Source of the DNA: an uncultured Bacteroidales bacterium
GTDB lineage: Bacteria > Bacteroidota > Bacteroidia > Bacteroidales > UBA932
Assembly: GCA_905234285.1 (NCBI GenBank)
Contig: CAJOHK010000001.1
Location: 5,375 to 69,374, forward strand
DNA: 64,000 nt
Direction: 5' to 3'
The notes beneath the pieces are model-generated. The model had not been told where the DNA came from and ran no database searches. It was given only the letters and a program-made list of their open reading frames with translations. Positions 1-9,729 of this stretch are shown here, piece by piece (positions within the stretch are counted from its first letter, which is position 1; every line of letters begins with the position of its first letter). The translations under genes and the position numbers were made by a program.

Positions 1-734
1 TCGCGGAGGTATTTCACGGTCCAGCGCCACAGGTCTATGTACTCCTGCTCGGTGGTGCAACTGGAGCCCCACCAGCTCCAGGTGTGGTTGTGCTCGTGGT
101 ACGGGCGCAGGATCACAGGAATGGTCTTTCCGTCCGAGCCCTTCAGGTTCTTGATGATATCTGCCAGGCGGTCCATCCACTGTTTGTAAACGGTCTGCGT
201 ATCGCTGCCGTCGGTGAGGATCTGTTTTACCACCTCCTTGCTGGTGTTGTCCCATGCTCCGCCCACTTTGTTGTGGTCGGCGCCCGGCTTGTTATAGGTA
301 AGCGGATTGTCCAGGTGCAGACAGATCATACTCACCATGCCAAAGTCATAGGCCTGCTTGACGCTGCCCAGCTTGCGCTCGTTGGTGACAGGGTCTGAGG
401 CATAGCGGTCGTCTATGAGCTCGGCAAAGTCTACGCCCTGCACGGCGGGGAAATCGCCGCATACCTCCTTAGTATCCGAGCGGCCCACTTCGCCAATCCA
501 GTAACGTCCGCACCAGAGGTCGTCGTGGTGGCCGAACATGAAGCCGTCTTCCTTGATGGTCCAGAGGTGGGCATATAGCGCCTTGGTCTCGAGGGTGGCA
601 TTGTGGTCGGCCAGGGTGAGGTGGGAGGAATCGCCACCGGAGTAGTCGGTCTCGTCCTTTCCGGGGAGCTCGACATAGGTGCATCCGGCCAACAGGGCCG
701 CACCCATTAGGGTAAGTAATATGCTGCGTCTCAT
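1..734 (-). CDS. GH26 beta-mannanase-like lipoprotein (3' part runs off the window)
   Basis: Not in the ORF track; read by hand from ATG at 734, which overlaps the upstream stop (ATGA). Translation MRRSILLTLMGAALLAGC (lipobox)...GFMFGHHDD...GDFPAVQGVDF...PVILRPYHEHNHTWSWWG carries the GH26 acid/base HE motif. Confidence 0.85.
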   Translation of the reverse strand, partial: MRRSILLTLMGAALLAGCTYVELPGKDETDYSGGDSSHLTLADHNATLETKALYAHLWTIKEDGFMFGHHDDLWCGRYWIGEVGRSDTKEVCGDFPAVQGVDFAELIDDRYASDPVTNERKLGSVKQAYDFGMVSMICLHLDNPLTYNKPGADHNKVGGAWDNTSKEVVKQILTDGSDTQTVYKQWMDRLADIIKNLKGSDGKTIPVILRPYHEHNHTWSWWGSSCTTEQEYIDLWRWTVKYLR

Positions 735-2389
735 TGTTTTGCAAGTATCATTATATAGTAGAAAGGATGGAGTGCGAAGCGTTCGAAGTCGGAATAGGCC
801 CAGGCATCATCCCACGTATATTCGCTGTCTGGCTTGAGGGTACAGCCAAATACCAGGCCGATGGAGCCTTCGGGCACGGTGAACTTGCCCTTGGTGGAGG
901 CCCAGTCCTTGCTGAGCTCATAGTCGGCGCCCGGGATGTAGAAGGCTGCCGACACAGAACCGCCGATGGTGATCGTACCGGCCGCGAGGTTGACGCTGAG
1001 GCTGGTCTTCTCGTGGGGGATGGGGTCGAAGTTGTGACTCAGGTCCATATCGCCCGTGCCGAGCTTATTCATGCCCGATACCAGGATACGGTCCCAGTAA
1101 GCTCCGTCGGTGCCGGCCTGGTAGTCGATGGTACCGCCGGCAATGTCTACAACCAGCAGATTGTCGTATTCCTTGTTCACGCTGGAATTCCATTCCCAGC
1201 TCTTGTCCTTGACTTCTACACAGCCCTGGCTGCCATAGCCGCCCAGCACTTTGAGATTGCTCACCTTGTAGGTGCCGGAGTAAGCGGCCGCCGGGTCGTC
1301 GGGATCCGGGTCAGGATCGGGGTCAGGATCCGGGTCAGGGTCCGGATCAGGATCGGGATCGGGATCGGGATCGGGAATGACGATATCGCCTTCGTCGCCA
1401 ATGACCTTGGAGTCGGCGGGGATCTGGGCCACCTTGCTCACCATCAGGAACATATATCTGGCAGCCACGCCGAATTTCTGGTAATCGGTGTACAGGTAGG
1501 TGGCATCCCAGGTGTAGTCGCCCGCAATGGCAAAGCCGAGTGCGCTCTCGGGGATGTCGAATTGCTTGTTATGAGAAGCGCTCACCACCACCGTTCCCGT
1601 GAAGATGCCGCAAGTGGTCTTGACGCCGTCCTCTGAGGTGAAAGTAATGGTGTCATTGCTGTAATCGCGCTTCCAGCTGCTCTTGCCGATGGGGATCACG
1701 CGGTAGTACTTGTGCACATCGGCCACAATGCCCATGTCCAGTTTGTACACAATGCAGTTCCAGTGCTTGCCGTCTACGCCGCCATAGTTGACGCAGGTGC
1801 CTTCGGTGCTGCCGTCGTCATTGATCTTGGTGCAGACGATCTCCAGGTAGTTGTCGTAGTTGGCGGCAGGGCCATATCCGTTGGTATCCCAGCACCAGGA
1901 CCTTTCCTCGGGCGGGCCCATGCCCATGGTACCCCAGCCCCAGCCGTCGTCGCCGCCCAGTCCGCCGATAAGGACGGAGCCGGTTACAGCGTAGTTGCCG
2001 GCAAACTCTTCTACAAACGGGGTAACCAGGATGCTGTACGTGCGGCTGCTGCCCGACTCTGAAGTAACGGTGATAGTAGGTTTCTCTGCTGTCAGGTCCA
2101 TCTTGTCGCCCTTCTTGCAGGACGCGCTGGCGCCATAGGAGATGACCATGGACGAGATGTCCACAGCAGCCATATTTTCTATGTAATCCACGGCCAGTTT
2201 AACCTCCACGGTTCCGGTGTTGTCCTCCTCGGAGGTAATTACCGCGTCACCAATCTGGTGTTCAAACTGGATGGAGACCAGGCCCCGCTCCTGAAAAGTG
2301 AAGCCGGATGGCAATCCGTTCTTCTCGGGTGTACACGAGAAGAGGACCGCTGCGCCTGCCAGAATAACTGTAATTAGATTATTTTTCAT
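731..2389 (-). CDS. Surface lipoprotein (SGBP-like) with two homologous domains joined by a (PD)n linker
   Basis: Lipobox LFSC; lies directly downstream of susD; internal duplication (YDN..., G.DG.. W..., YTWD...Y.D...F). ATG at 2389 preferred over GTG at 2398. Confidence 0.75.
   Translation of the reverse strand: MKNNLITVILAGAAVLFSCTPEKNGLPSGFTFQERGLVSIQFEHQIGDAVITSEEDNTGTVEVKLAVDYIENMAAVDISSMVISYGASASCKKGDKMDLTAEKPTITVTSESGSSRTYSILVTPFVEEFAGNYAVTGSVLIGGLGGDDGWGWGTMGMGPPEERSWCWDTNGYGPAANYDNYLEIVCTKINDDGSTEGTCVNYGGVDGKHWNCIVYKLDMGIVADVHKYYRVIPIGKSSWKRDYSNDTITFTSEDGVKTTCGIFTGTVVVSASHNKQFDIPESALGFAIAGDYTWDATYLYTDYQKFGVAARYMFLMVSKVAQIPADSKVIGDEGDIVIPDPDPDPDPDPDPDPDPDPDPDPDPDDPAAAYSGTYKVSNLKVLGGYGSQGCVEVKDKSWEWNSSVNKEYDNLLVVDIAGGTIDYQAGTDGAYWDRILVSGMNKLGTGDMDLSHNFDPIPHEKTSLSVNLAAGTITIGGSVSAAFYIPGADYELSKDWASTKGKFTVPEGSIGLVFGCTLKPDSEYTWDDAWAYSDFERFALHPFYYIMILAKQ
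1292..1375 (-). repeat. Coding hexamer repeat encoding a Pro-Asp linker (~13 PD units)
   Basis: ggatcg/gggtca-type 6-mers; protein IPDPDPDP...DDP. Confidence 0.9.
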
Positions 2390-2409
2390 AATGAACACAG
2401 TTTGGAAGG

Positions 2410-3930
2410 TTAATCAATATACGGGTTGAGGTCGGTCTCGAGCGAAGGGATGGGATAGAAGACCATCTCCTCGGCGGTGAGTCCCTGCTCCTTGGCGGCG
2501 GTAATGTCCGTGTGGAGCTTGTTCAGGCGCCGGAGGTCGTAGCAGCCCTTGCCTTCGAAGGCGAGCTCATAGACGCGTTCCTGACGGACGGCCTCCCTGA
2601 ACTGGGCGGTGGTCATTCCGGCTGCCAAATCGGCCAGGCCGGCCCTGTGGCGGATGAAGTTCACCAGGGCATAGGCCTTGTCGGTAGGGCCTGCCGCCTC
2701 GGCATAGGTGAGGGCCACCTCGGAGTAGCGGATGAGGAAAGGCTTGGTAGAAGTCTTGTCGCCCACATACTGAGGGTCGATGAATTTGCGGCAGAACGGG
2801 TAGGAGAGCTTGCCGGGATAAGCGGCCGTGACGGCGCCCGTTGCATCGTAAACGGTGCTGCAGAACAGCCAGTCGTGCCTGAGGTCGCCCGCCGGGAAGC
2901 TGTCGTAGAAAGTTACGTCCGTGCAGTACTCGCTCCAGCCGTCGTGGCTGGGAATGAGCACGTCGGTATCGCCCTGTTTGAGGTAAATGGTACCGCCGGC
3001 GATGTAGGGAATGTACATCTTGGAAATCTTGGAGTACTGGCCTTCGCTCTTACCCGTGCGGTCCATGCTCATGAGGAAGATGTGCTCGGGGCCGGTGGGC
3101 TTCTCTACGTCGTAGATGTCCAAGAGATTGGGGTCGAAGCCGTAAGTGGTCTGGGCGGGGTCGTCCACCACATGGCCGGCATACTCCACCGCCTTGGCAT
3201 AGTAATCGTCCACGTCAAAGCTCATGTCCACGTACTGCGGAGTGCCGCTTTCTTTGGCCGATGCCAGGTACAGGTAGCCGATTGAGGCCAGGGAGTAGGC
3301 CGCAATGCGGTCTGTCCGGCCGGTTACGGGAGCGGTATAAATGCCGGTGAGTTCAATGGCTTTGTCCAGGTCGGCGAAGATCTGATTCCACACCTCGTCC
3401 AGGGTCCCCGCGGCTCCCACCGTGGCTTCGTCCAGCTTGCGGACGGGGCTCAGGTGCATGGGCACGCGGCCAAAGTTGCGGGCCAGGTTAAAGTAGGAAT
3501 AGGCCCGCATGAAGTACGCCTCACCCACATACTGGTTTTTGATGGCCTGGTCCAGGTCCTTCATAACGGCCACGTTCTCAATCACGGAATTGGCCCGGTT
3601 GATGGTGATGTAGGAGTACTTATAGAAGTTGTACAGGGTGGTGTTGGTCTTAAAGGTGGCCGCTTTCCATCCGTCAAGCTCCTTGTTGGCCGATTTGGCG
3701 TCGCCCTTGGGGTACATCACGTCGGTGTTCATGTCGCCCAGGAACACAATGGCGCGGGAGTACTCGATGTAGTTGATGGCGTCGTAGATGTAGTTGGTGG
3801 CCGAGAGGGCGTCGGCGTCGGTCTTGAAGAAGTTCTCCTCTGAGTAGAATCCGTAGGGATATTCGTCCAGGGAGCAGGCGCACATCATTACCGATGCGAG
3901 CGCTACATATATGAGATTGCTTGTTTTCAT
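2410..3930 (-). CDS. susD: SusD/RagB family lipoprotein
   Basis: Lipobox; GEAYFMRAYSYFNL, IRYSEVALTYAEA, ERVYELAFEG..YDLRR and YPIP motifs. Confidence 0.95.
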   Translation of the reverse strand: MKTSNLIYVALASVMMCACSLDEYPYGFYSEENFFKTDADALSATNYIYDAINYIEYSRAIVFLGDMNTDVMYPKGDAKSANKELDGWKAATFKTNTTLYNFYKYSYITINRANSVIENVAVMKDLDQAIKNQYVGEAYFMRAYSYFNLARNFGRVPMHLSPVRKLDEATVGAAGTLDEVWNQIFADLDKAIELTGIYTAPVTGRTDRIAAYSLASIGYLYLASAKESGTPQYVDMSFDVDDYYAKAVEYAGHVVDDPAQTTYGFDPNLLDIYDVEKPTGPEHIFLMSMDRTGKSEGQYSKISKMYIPYIAGGTIYLKQGDTDVLIPSHDGWSEYCTDVTFYDSFPAGDLRHDWLFCSTVYDATGAVTAAYPGKLSYPFCRKFIDPQYVGDKTSTKPFLIRYSEVALTYAEAAGPTDKAYALVNFIRHRAGLADLAAGMTTAQFREAVRQERVYELAFEGKGCYDLRRLNKLHTDITAAKEQGLTAEEMVFYPIPSLETDLNPYID

Positions 3931-3936
3931 TGCCTT

Positions 3937-6900
3937 CTAGAAATTAAAGTCAAGACCGAATATCCATTTGCGCAGGCGGGGATAACCGCCGCTGTAAAGA
4001 CCCAGGGCGCTCACTTCGGGATCGTAGCCGGTGAACTTGGTGAAAGTGTACAGATTGTCGGCCGAAATGTAGAAGCGTATACTCCTGCCGTAATCTTTCT
4101 TGGAGAACGGAATCTTGTAGCCGATGGTCATGGTCTGGATACGGACAAACGAGCCGTCTTCGATCCACCAGCTTGAGAAGCGGGTCTGCCGGGTGTCGCT
4201 GAGCTTGGGATAGTCGTTGGAGTGGTTGTCCGGCGTCCAGCGCAGCGGCATATTGTTGGGCTGGTCAAAGCGCTTGGTATTGATGACATCATTACCGAAC
4301 ACGCCGTTGAAGAACACGCTGAAGTCCAGGTTCTTCCAGCTGGCATTGAGCGAGAAGGAAGCCAGGAAATCGGGGTTGGGGTCGCCGATGATGCAGCGGT
4401 CGTCCTCGTTGATGATATCCAGCTTGTCGCCGTTGTAGATGTTCACGTACTTGAACTCGCCGGGCTGCGCGTCATCGCCGCTGAGGCCGGCGCCCAGACC
4501 TTCGGCCAGGTTCTGGATAATGCCGTCGGTCACATAACCGTAGAACACATACATCGGCTGCCCTACCGCCAGGATGTTGGTAAAGCCGCGGTACATCTCG
4601 GAGGAATTGCCGTAGAACTCGAACTGCATACCGGTGCGGGCATCGGTGTTGAGGCCCGATTCTACGGCATTACCCAGGCTCAGCACCTTGTTCTTGTTCT
4701 TGGAGAAAATGAAGGTGCCGCCCACATTCCAGTCGCGGTTGCGGAAGAAAACCCCGTCCAAGGTAAGTTCGATACCGGTGTTCAGGATTTCGCCGTCGTT
4801 GACCCACATCTTGTCATAGCCCGACGAAGGGGCGATGTTGCGCTGGCGAAGCAGGTCGGAGGTGTGCTTGTAGTACCAGTCGAAGGTGATGTTCAGGCGC
4901 TCGTCAAAGAAGCTGGCGTCAAAACCGAGGTCCAGCTGAGAGGTAGTCTCCCACTTGAGGCCGGTATTGGGAATACCGCTCCAGACAGCGTAGATGCCAC
5001 CGTCGCCGGTGGTTCCGGACTGGTAGCCCGGGCCGATGGCCGTGGTCCAGGCGCCATCGTAGTAGTACTGGTGCTGGCCGTAGCGGCTCAAGGTCTGGTA
5101 GGCCGAGATACCCTGGTTACCGGAAATACCGTACGAGGCGCGGAGCTTCAGGAGGTTGATCCACTTGACGTGCTTGAGGAAGTTTTCCTCGTTCATCTTC
5201 CAGCTCAGTGCGCCGGAGGGGAAGAACGCCCACTTGTTGTCGGCGCCGAACTTGGAGGAACCATCGGCACGGGCCGTGAAGGTGGCGAGGTATTTTCCCG
5301 CATAGGAATAGTTCAGACGGACCAGGCCGGAGATGAGCTTGGTGGCATACAGGCTGTTGGAAATCTGGTATTTCTCCGGATCGCCGGCGGCCAGGTTCTC
5401 GTTGCCCAGTGACTCATTGGCGAAGTTGGTGCCGGCGAGTCCGCTGCCGCGCGACTGATAGCTCTCGTAGGAGAAGCCGCCCATGGCCGTTACGTGGTGC
5501 TTGCCGAACTCCTTGTCAAAGGTGGCGTAGATTTCGCCCACCAGATTGTCGTCCTTGGAGTTCTCGATGGCGCCATAGCCGTTGTAGAACACGCCGCGCT
5601 CGGTATATTTCTTGGGGAAATAGTAATCGGCCACGGTTTCGCCGTGCTTGTAGTTGATTTGGGCGTTGATGTCCAGCCACTCCCAGGGACGCCAGTCTAC
5701 TGCCATGTAGGAGATGACATCGATGCCGCTCTTGTCCTGCTTGCGGAATTTGGTGAGAGCCAGCGGGTGGTAGTAATCCTGGACGCTGTACTGCCAGAAA
5801 TTGCCTTCCTCGTCGTAAACGGGGAAGATGGGGTTACGGTTGTAGGACAGGGAGCCGTTGTTGTGCCGCTTGTTGTGCACCACGTTGGCGCTGGCCTTGA
5901 AACGCAAGTTGTCGTAGAATTTGTGGTCTACGGCAAAGTTGGCTCCGTACTTGGTGTAGGTGTCCTCGATATACATGCCGTTGTCGCGGTAGTAGTTGGC
6001 CGACGCCGTGAACATGGTGCGGTCGTTGGTACTCTGGAACTTAACGGTGGTATTGTTGGAGATGGGGGCCTTGTTGAACACGATGTCGTCCCAACGCGTG
6101 TTGGTGGTCCAGGTGGTCTGCAACTCTTCAATGGAGGGGTAGTAAACGCCGTTGGGGTTCACCGCACCCACATAGAGCTGGGTGAGGCCGGAGTTGGCCC
6201 GGCTCTCATTGGAGAGCATGGCCATGAGCACCGGATCCCTCCACAGGTTCAAGGGTTTGCTAAACTGGGAAAGGGTGGTCTGCTGCGACACGGTAATCCG
6301 GTTCTTGGTCCCCTGGGCCTTACGGGTGGTAATGAGGATGACGCCGTTGGCGCCGCGGGAACCGTAGATGGCCGATGCCGACGCATCCTTGAGAACCTCC
6401 ATGGAAATAATGTCCTGCGGATTAATCTGGCTCAGGGCGCCCGCCTCGCCGTAAGGGAAACCGTCAATGACGATGAGCGGAGAATTGGAGCCGTTGAGCG
6501 AGGAATTACCACGGATACGCACGGTAGACGAGGCACCCGGGTCCTGCGAGGCATTGGTCACCTGCACACCGGCCACTCGGCCCTGGAGCAGGCTCTCTAC
6601 GGAGTTGGCCGGTTTGGAAACCAGATCCTCCGTCTTGACCGAGGCCACGGAGCCGGTGAGGTCGCTCTTTTTCATGCGGCCGTAACCGATGGCTACCGTC
6701 TCCTCCAGCATAAAGGAAGATTCATTGAGCACGATTTTCACTACCGCCCTGCCGTTCACCGGCACGGTAGCATCCTCGTAGCCGAGGCAAGTCACGGAGA
6801 GGGTGGCCTTGGGGGACACGCCATCTATGAGCCAGGAGCCGTCGTCGCCACTCACCGCATACTTGTTGGTGCCGGTGACGAGCACTGCAGCGCCGACAAC

Positions 6901-7026
6901 AGGGTTGCCGTACTGGTCTACCACTGTGCCGCTGATCTTTTGGAGGGTCTGGGCATTACCCAGCCCCGCGCCCAGGAGCAACAGGGAAACCACTGCAAAG
7001 AAAAAGGATGCAAGCTTCTTTTTCAT
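3937..7026 (-). CDS. susC: SusC/RagA TonB-dependent transporter
   Basis: VLKDASASAIYGSRGANGVILITT plug motif, LKWETT, C-terminal DFNF. ATG at 7026 preferred over TTG at 7032. Confidence 0.95.
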   Translation of the reverse strand: MKKKLASFFFAVVSLLLLGAGLGNAQTLQKISGTVVDQYGNPVVGAAVLVTGTNKYAVSGDDGSWLIDGVSPKATLSVTCLGYEDATVPVNGRAVVKIVLNESSFMLEETVAIGYGRMKKSDLTGSVASVKTEDLVSKPANSVESLLQGRVAGVQVTNASQDPGASSTVRIRGNSSLNGSNSPLIVIDGFPYGEAGALSQINPQDIISMEVLKDASASAIYGSRGANGVILITTRKAQGTKNRITVSQQTTLSQFSKPLNLWRDPVLMAMLSNESRANSGLTQLYVGAVNPNGVYYPSIEELQTTWTTNTRWDDIVFNKAPISNNTTVKFQSTNDRTMFTASANYYRDNGMYIEDTYTKYGANFAVDHKFYDNLRFKASANVVHNKRHNNGSLSYNRNPIFPVYDEEGNFWQYSVQDYYHPLALTKFRKQDKSGIDVISYMAVDWRPWEWLDINAQINYKHGETVADYYFPKKYTERGVFYNGYGAIENSKDDNLVGEIYATFDKEFGKHHVTAMGGFSYESYQSRGSGLAGTNFANESLGNENLAAGDPEKYQISNSLYATKLISGLVRLNYSYAGKYLATFTARADGSSKFGADNKWAFFPSGALSWKMNEENFLKHVKWINLLKLRASYGISGNQGISAYQTLSRYGQHQYYYDGAWTTAIGPGYQSGTTGDGGIYAVWSGIPNTGLKWETTSQLDLGFDASFFDERLNITFDWYYKHTSDLLRQRNIAPSSGYDKMWVNDGEILNTGIELTLDGVFFRNRDWNVGGTFIFSKNKNKVLSLGNAVESGLNTDARTGMQFEFYGNSSEMYRGFTNILAVGQPMYVFYGYVTDGIIQNLAEGLGAGLSGDDAQPGEFKYVNIYNGDKLDIINEDDRCIIGDPNPDFLASFSLNASWKNLDFSVFFNGVFGNDVINTKRFDQPNNMPLRWTPDNHSNDYPKLSDTRQTRFSSWWIEDGSFVRIQTMTIGYKIPFSKKDYGRSIRFYISADNLYTFTKFTGYDPEVSALGLYSGGYPRLRKWIFGLDFNF

Positions 7027-7028
7027 GG

Positions 7029-8042
7029 TCAATAATTATTGGTGTTGGTTAATTCTTCCAGTAAATCGGCGAGGGGGCAGGTGGCTACGCCCACGCACTT
7101 GTCGGCCGCGCCGTAATAGACGTACAGGATGCCGTCTTTTACCACGTTGCCGGTGGGGAAGACGCAGCCGTTGTAGAAGCCTTCCATCTCGTACGGAAGC
7201 TCGGGTTCCAGGATGGGTTCTTTGGTCCGGGCCAGGATTTTGAGGGGGTTGTCCTTGTCCAGCAGCATGGCCCAGACGGTGTATTTGGACAGGCCGCCGT
7301 CGCCCACGCCGTGATACAGCACCAGCCAGCCTTTGTCGGTGAGGATGGGCGGGGTGCTGCCGCCGATTTTCTCTTCCTTGGTGCCCCGTCGGCCCTGAAT
7401 GAGGATGTGGTCCTCGGCGCCTCCCCAGTCCAGCATATCGTCCGAGAACTTGATCCAGATGGAGGGAAACTCGGTCTCTTTGGTGTGCTTGGGGCGGTGC
7501 AGCATCACAAACTTGCCGCCAATCTTTTGCGGGAACAGAATCACGTCCCTGTCATCCTGAACGGGCGAGGTGAGGCGGCCCAGGCGGCGGAAGCTGCGGA
7601 AGTCCCGCGTGCAGGCCAGGCCGGTGTTGCCCAGGTTCTCCTTCCAGGCCAGGGGGGTGAATGCGTCGGACTCCGGCTTCAGGACCACGTCGTGCGGGAA
7701 GGTCCAGTATCGGCCGGGCGCCATGGGCCGGTAGGCGTAGGTGATGTAGAAGGTGTCGCCGAATTTGACAATGCGGGGATCTTCCACGCAGCCGCTGTCG
7801 GGGCCGTCGGCGCTGGGGCCGAACACGGGCTCATCGCTCATGCGGGTAAAGTGGAAGCCGTCGGTGCTGGTGGCCAGGCCGAATCGGATTACGTGCTTTT
7901 CGTCGTCTCCGGCGGCGCGGTACAGCATGTAAAACACGCCGTTATCCAGAATGACCCCCGGATTACACACCACCAGATTCTCCCACGGGTTGGCGGGATT
8001 GGGCGAAAGGATGGGGTTGCCCGAAAACCGTTGCAGTTTCAT
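7029..8042 (-). CDS. GH130 mannoside phosphorylase/mannosidase
   Basis: NPG...LYRA, VEDPR, MLHRP, LYHGV, CVFPTG and YYGAAD motifs of the GH130 five-bladed propeller. Confidence 0.88.
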   Translation of the reverse strand: MKLQRFSGNPILSPNPANPWENLVVCNPGVILDNGVFYMLYRAAGDDEKHVIRFGLATSTDGFHFTRMSDEPVFGPSADGPDSGCVEDPRIVKFGDTFYITYAYRPMAPGRYWTFPHDVVLKPESDAFTPLAWKENLGNTGLACTRDFRSFRRLGRLTSPVQDDRDVILFPQKIGGKFVMLHRPKHTKETEFPSIWIKFSDDMLDWGGAEDHILIQGRRGTKEEKIGGSTPPILTDKGWLVLYHGVGDGGLSKYTVWAMLLDKDNPLKILARTKEPILEPELPYEMEGFYNGCVFPTGNVVKDGILYVYYGAADKCVGVATCPLADLLEELTNTNNY

Positions 8043-9622
8043 TATCTGAAAATGAATAACAGGATTAGACTAAGGATAAAGAGGCCGCTGCCCAGGACGC
8101 GGTAGTTTTTGTACCACTTCTCGGCCTTGAGTTCCTGGGTCTCGGCTTTATAATCGGCCAGGTTGAAGGTGGTGTTCTCCAGTTTCTCGGGGGCGGGCTT
8201 TTCGGTGGCCGCGCTCACGGCCCAGATGATGAGCATACTGAAGACCAGCAGGATGGGCACGATGAAAAGGAAGTGCATGTCGCCGAAGATCTGGTGACGG
8301 AAGAACAGCAGTACCACGGCCAGGGCCAGGCCGCCCAGCAGGCCGGCGAAGGCGCCTTTGGCGTTGGTGCGCTTCACAAACACGCCCATGAGGAAGGTGG
8401 CCACGATGGGCGGCGCAATGTAGGAGAGCATCTCCTGGTAGTACTTGAGCAGGGAGCCAAACCGCTCGATGTTGGGGGCCCACAGGGTGGCAATCACCAT
8501 GATCACCAGGGCCGATATCTTGCCCACCCGCACCAGCTTCTTCTGGTCGGCCTTTTTATCGGCCTTGGCGTAAAAGTCCATGGTAAATAGCGTGGAGGCC
8601 GAGTTGAGGATGGCGCTCAGGGTGGAGGTGAGAGCGGCCAGCATGGCGGCAAGAAGCAGTCCCAGCACGCCCGCCGGCATGAACTTGATCACCATGGTGG
8701 GGTAAATCATGTCGGGGTTCTCTACGCCGGGGAAGAAGCTGCGCGCCATAACGCCGGGGATGTTGAAGATAAAGAGGGTGCACAGCGTGAGGAAGCCGGC
8801 CAGCATGACGCCGGCTCGGCCCTGGTTCACGCTTTTGGCGCTCAGGACGCGCTGCACCAGGGTTTGGTTGTTGGCCCAGAAGTAGATGCCCAGCACAGGC
8901 ATACCCACAATGAGGCCCAGCCAGGGCGTGGAGGAGTCGCTCAGCGGCCTTATGAGCCTTGCGGCAATGTCGCCGTTTTCCATGAGGGAGGCAAAGTACG
9001 CGCCGCCGCCCTTGACGTAGCAGATGACCATCATCACAATGGAGCCTACCAGCAGCACCGCCGCCTGAATGAGGTCGGTATTGATGGCGGCCGACAGGCC
9101 TCCGGGGATGGTATAGGAGGCGGCAATGACGGCAAAGATGACCACAAACACCCACAGCTCCACTTCCGGGAACAGGAGTTTAAGGATGAGGGCGGCCGAA
9201 TACAGGGCGCCGGCGGCATCCAGGAAAATGTTGCCGATAATGGAGATGGCGCTGAAGTAATAGCGGGACTTGCTGTCGAAGCGCTTCTCCAGGAATTCCG
9301 GAATGGTAAAGATTTTTGACCTTATATATAAGGGGAGCAGGATGATGGCGAAGAAAATGAGCACCCACACGCCCGTGAGGTTGTAGTTGAACACGGCAAT
9401 GCCGGTGGCATAAGCGTCGCCGGTTTGGCCGATGAGCGTGGTGCTGGAAATACTGGCCGCAAACAGGGAAAGACCCACGACGAACCAGGGAGTCCCCCGC
9501 CCCGCCAGGAAGTAGGAGCCTGCGTTGGCGCTCTTGCCGTTGCGCAGACCCCACCAGATGATGAAGGCCAGATAGACTACAATAATGATAATGTCGGTGA
9601 TGCCGATACCGGTCAGGTGCAT
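8042..9622 (-). CDS. Sodium:solute (sugar) symporter, SSS family
   Basis: YFLAGR, TIPEFLEKRF, YTIPGGLSA and VQRVLSAK motifs; multiple TM segments. Confidence 0.92.
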   Translation of the reverse strand: MHLTGIGITDIIIIVVYLAFIIWWGLRNGKSANAGSYFLAGRGTPWFVVGLSLFAASISSTTLIGQTGDAYATGIAVFNYNLTGVWVLIFFAIILLPLYIRSKIFTIPEFLEKRFDSKSRYYFSAISIIGNIFLDAAGALYSAALILKLLFPEVELWVFVVIFAVIAASYTIPGGLSAAINTDLIQAAVLLVGSIVMMVICYVKGGGAYFASLMENGDIAARLIRPLSDSSTPWLGLIVGMPVLGIYFWANNQTLVQRVLSAKSVNQGRAGVMLAGFLTLCTLFIFNIPGVMARSFFPGVENPDMIYPTMVIKFMPAGVLGLLLAAMLAALTSTLSAILNSASTLFTMDFYAKADKKADQKKLVRVGKISALVIMVIATLWAPNIERFGSLLKYYQEMLSYIAPPIVATFLMGVFVKRTNAKGAFAGLLGGLALAVVLLFFRHQIFGDMHFLFIVPILLVFSMLIIWAVSAATEKPAPEKLENTTFNLADYKAETQELKAEKWYKNYRVLGSGLFILSLILLFIFR

Positions 9623-9643
9623 AGTGGTTAGTTTTTCTCATTG

Positions 9644-9724
9644 CAAAGATATTACGATTCTTCAATGGATTTATCCACAATGCAGCAAAAGATTGATACT
9701 ATTTTGAATTTTTTGCTACTTTTG
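9644..9724. promoter_or_regulatory. Divergent Bacteroidetes promoters (-7 boxes)
   Basis: TATCTTTG on the minus strand (9644-9651) upstream of the SSS gene; TACTTTTG on the plus strand (9717-9724), 5 nt before the AraC ATG. Confidence 0.6.
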
Positions 9725-9729
9725 CAGGT

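Noticed and set aside
469-744. ORF-track calls 84-398, 431-703 and 469-744
   Set aside because: The real gene is the GH26 frame starting at 734 and running off the window.
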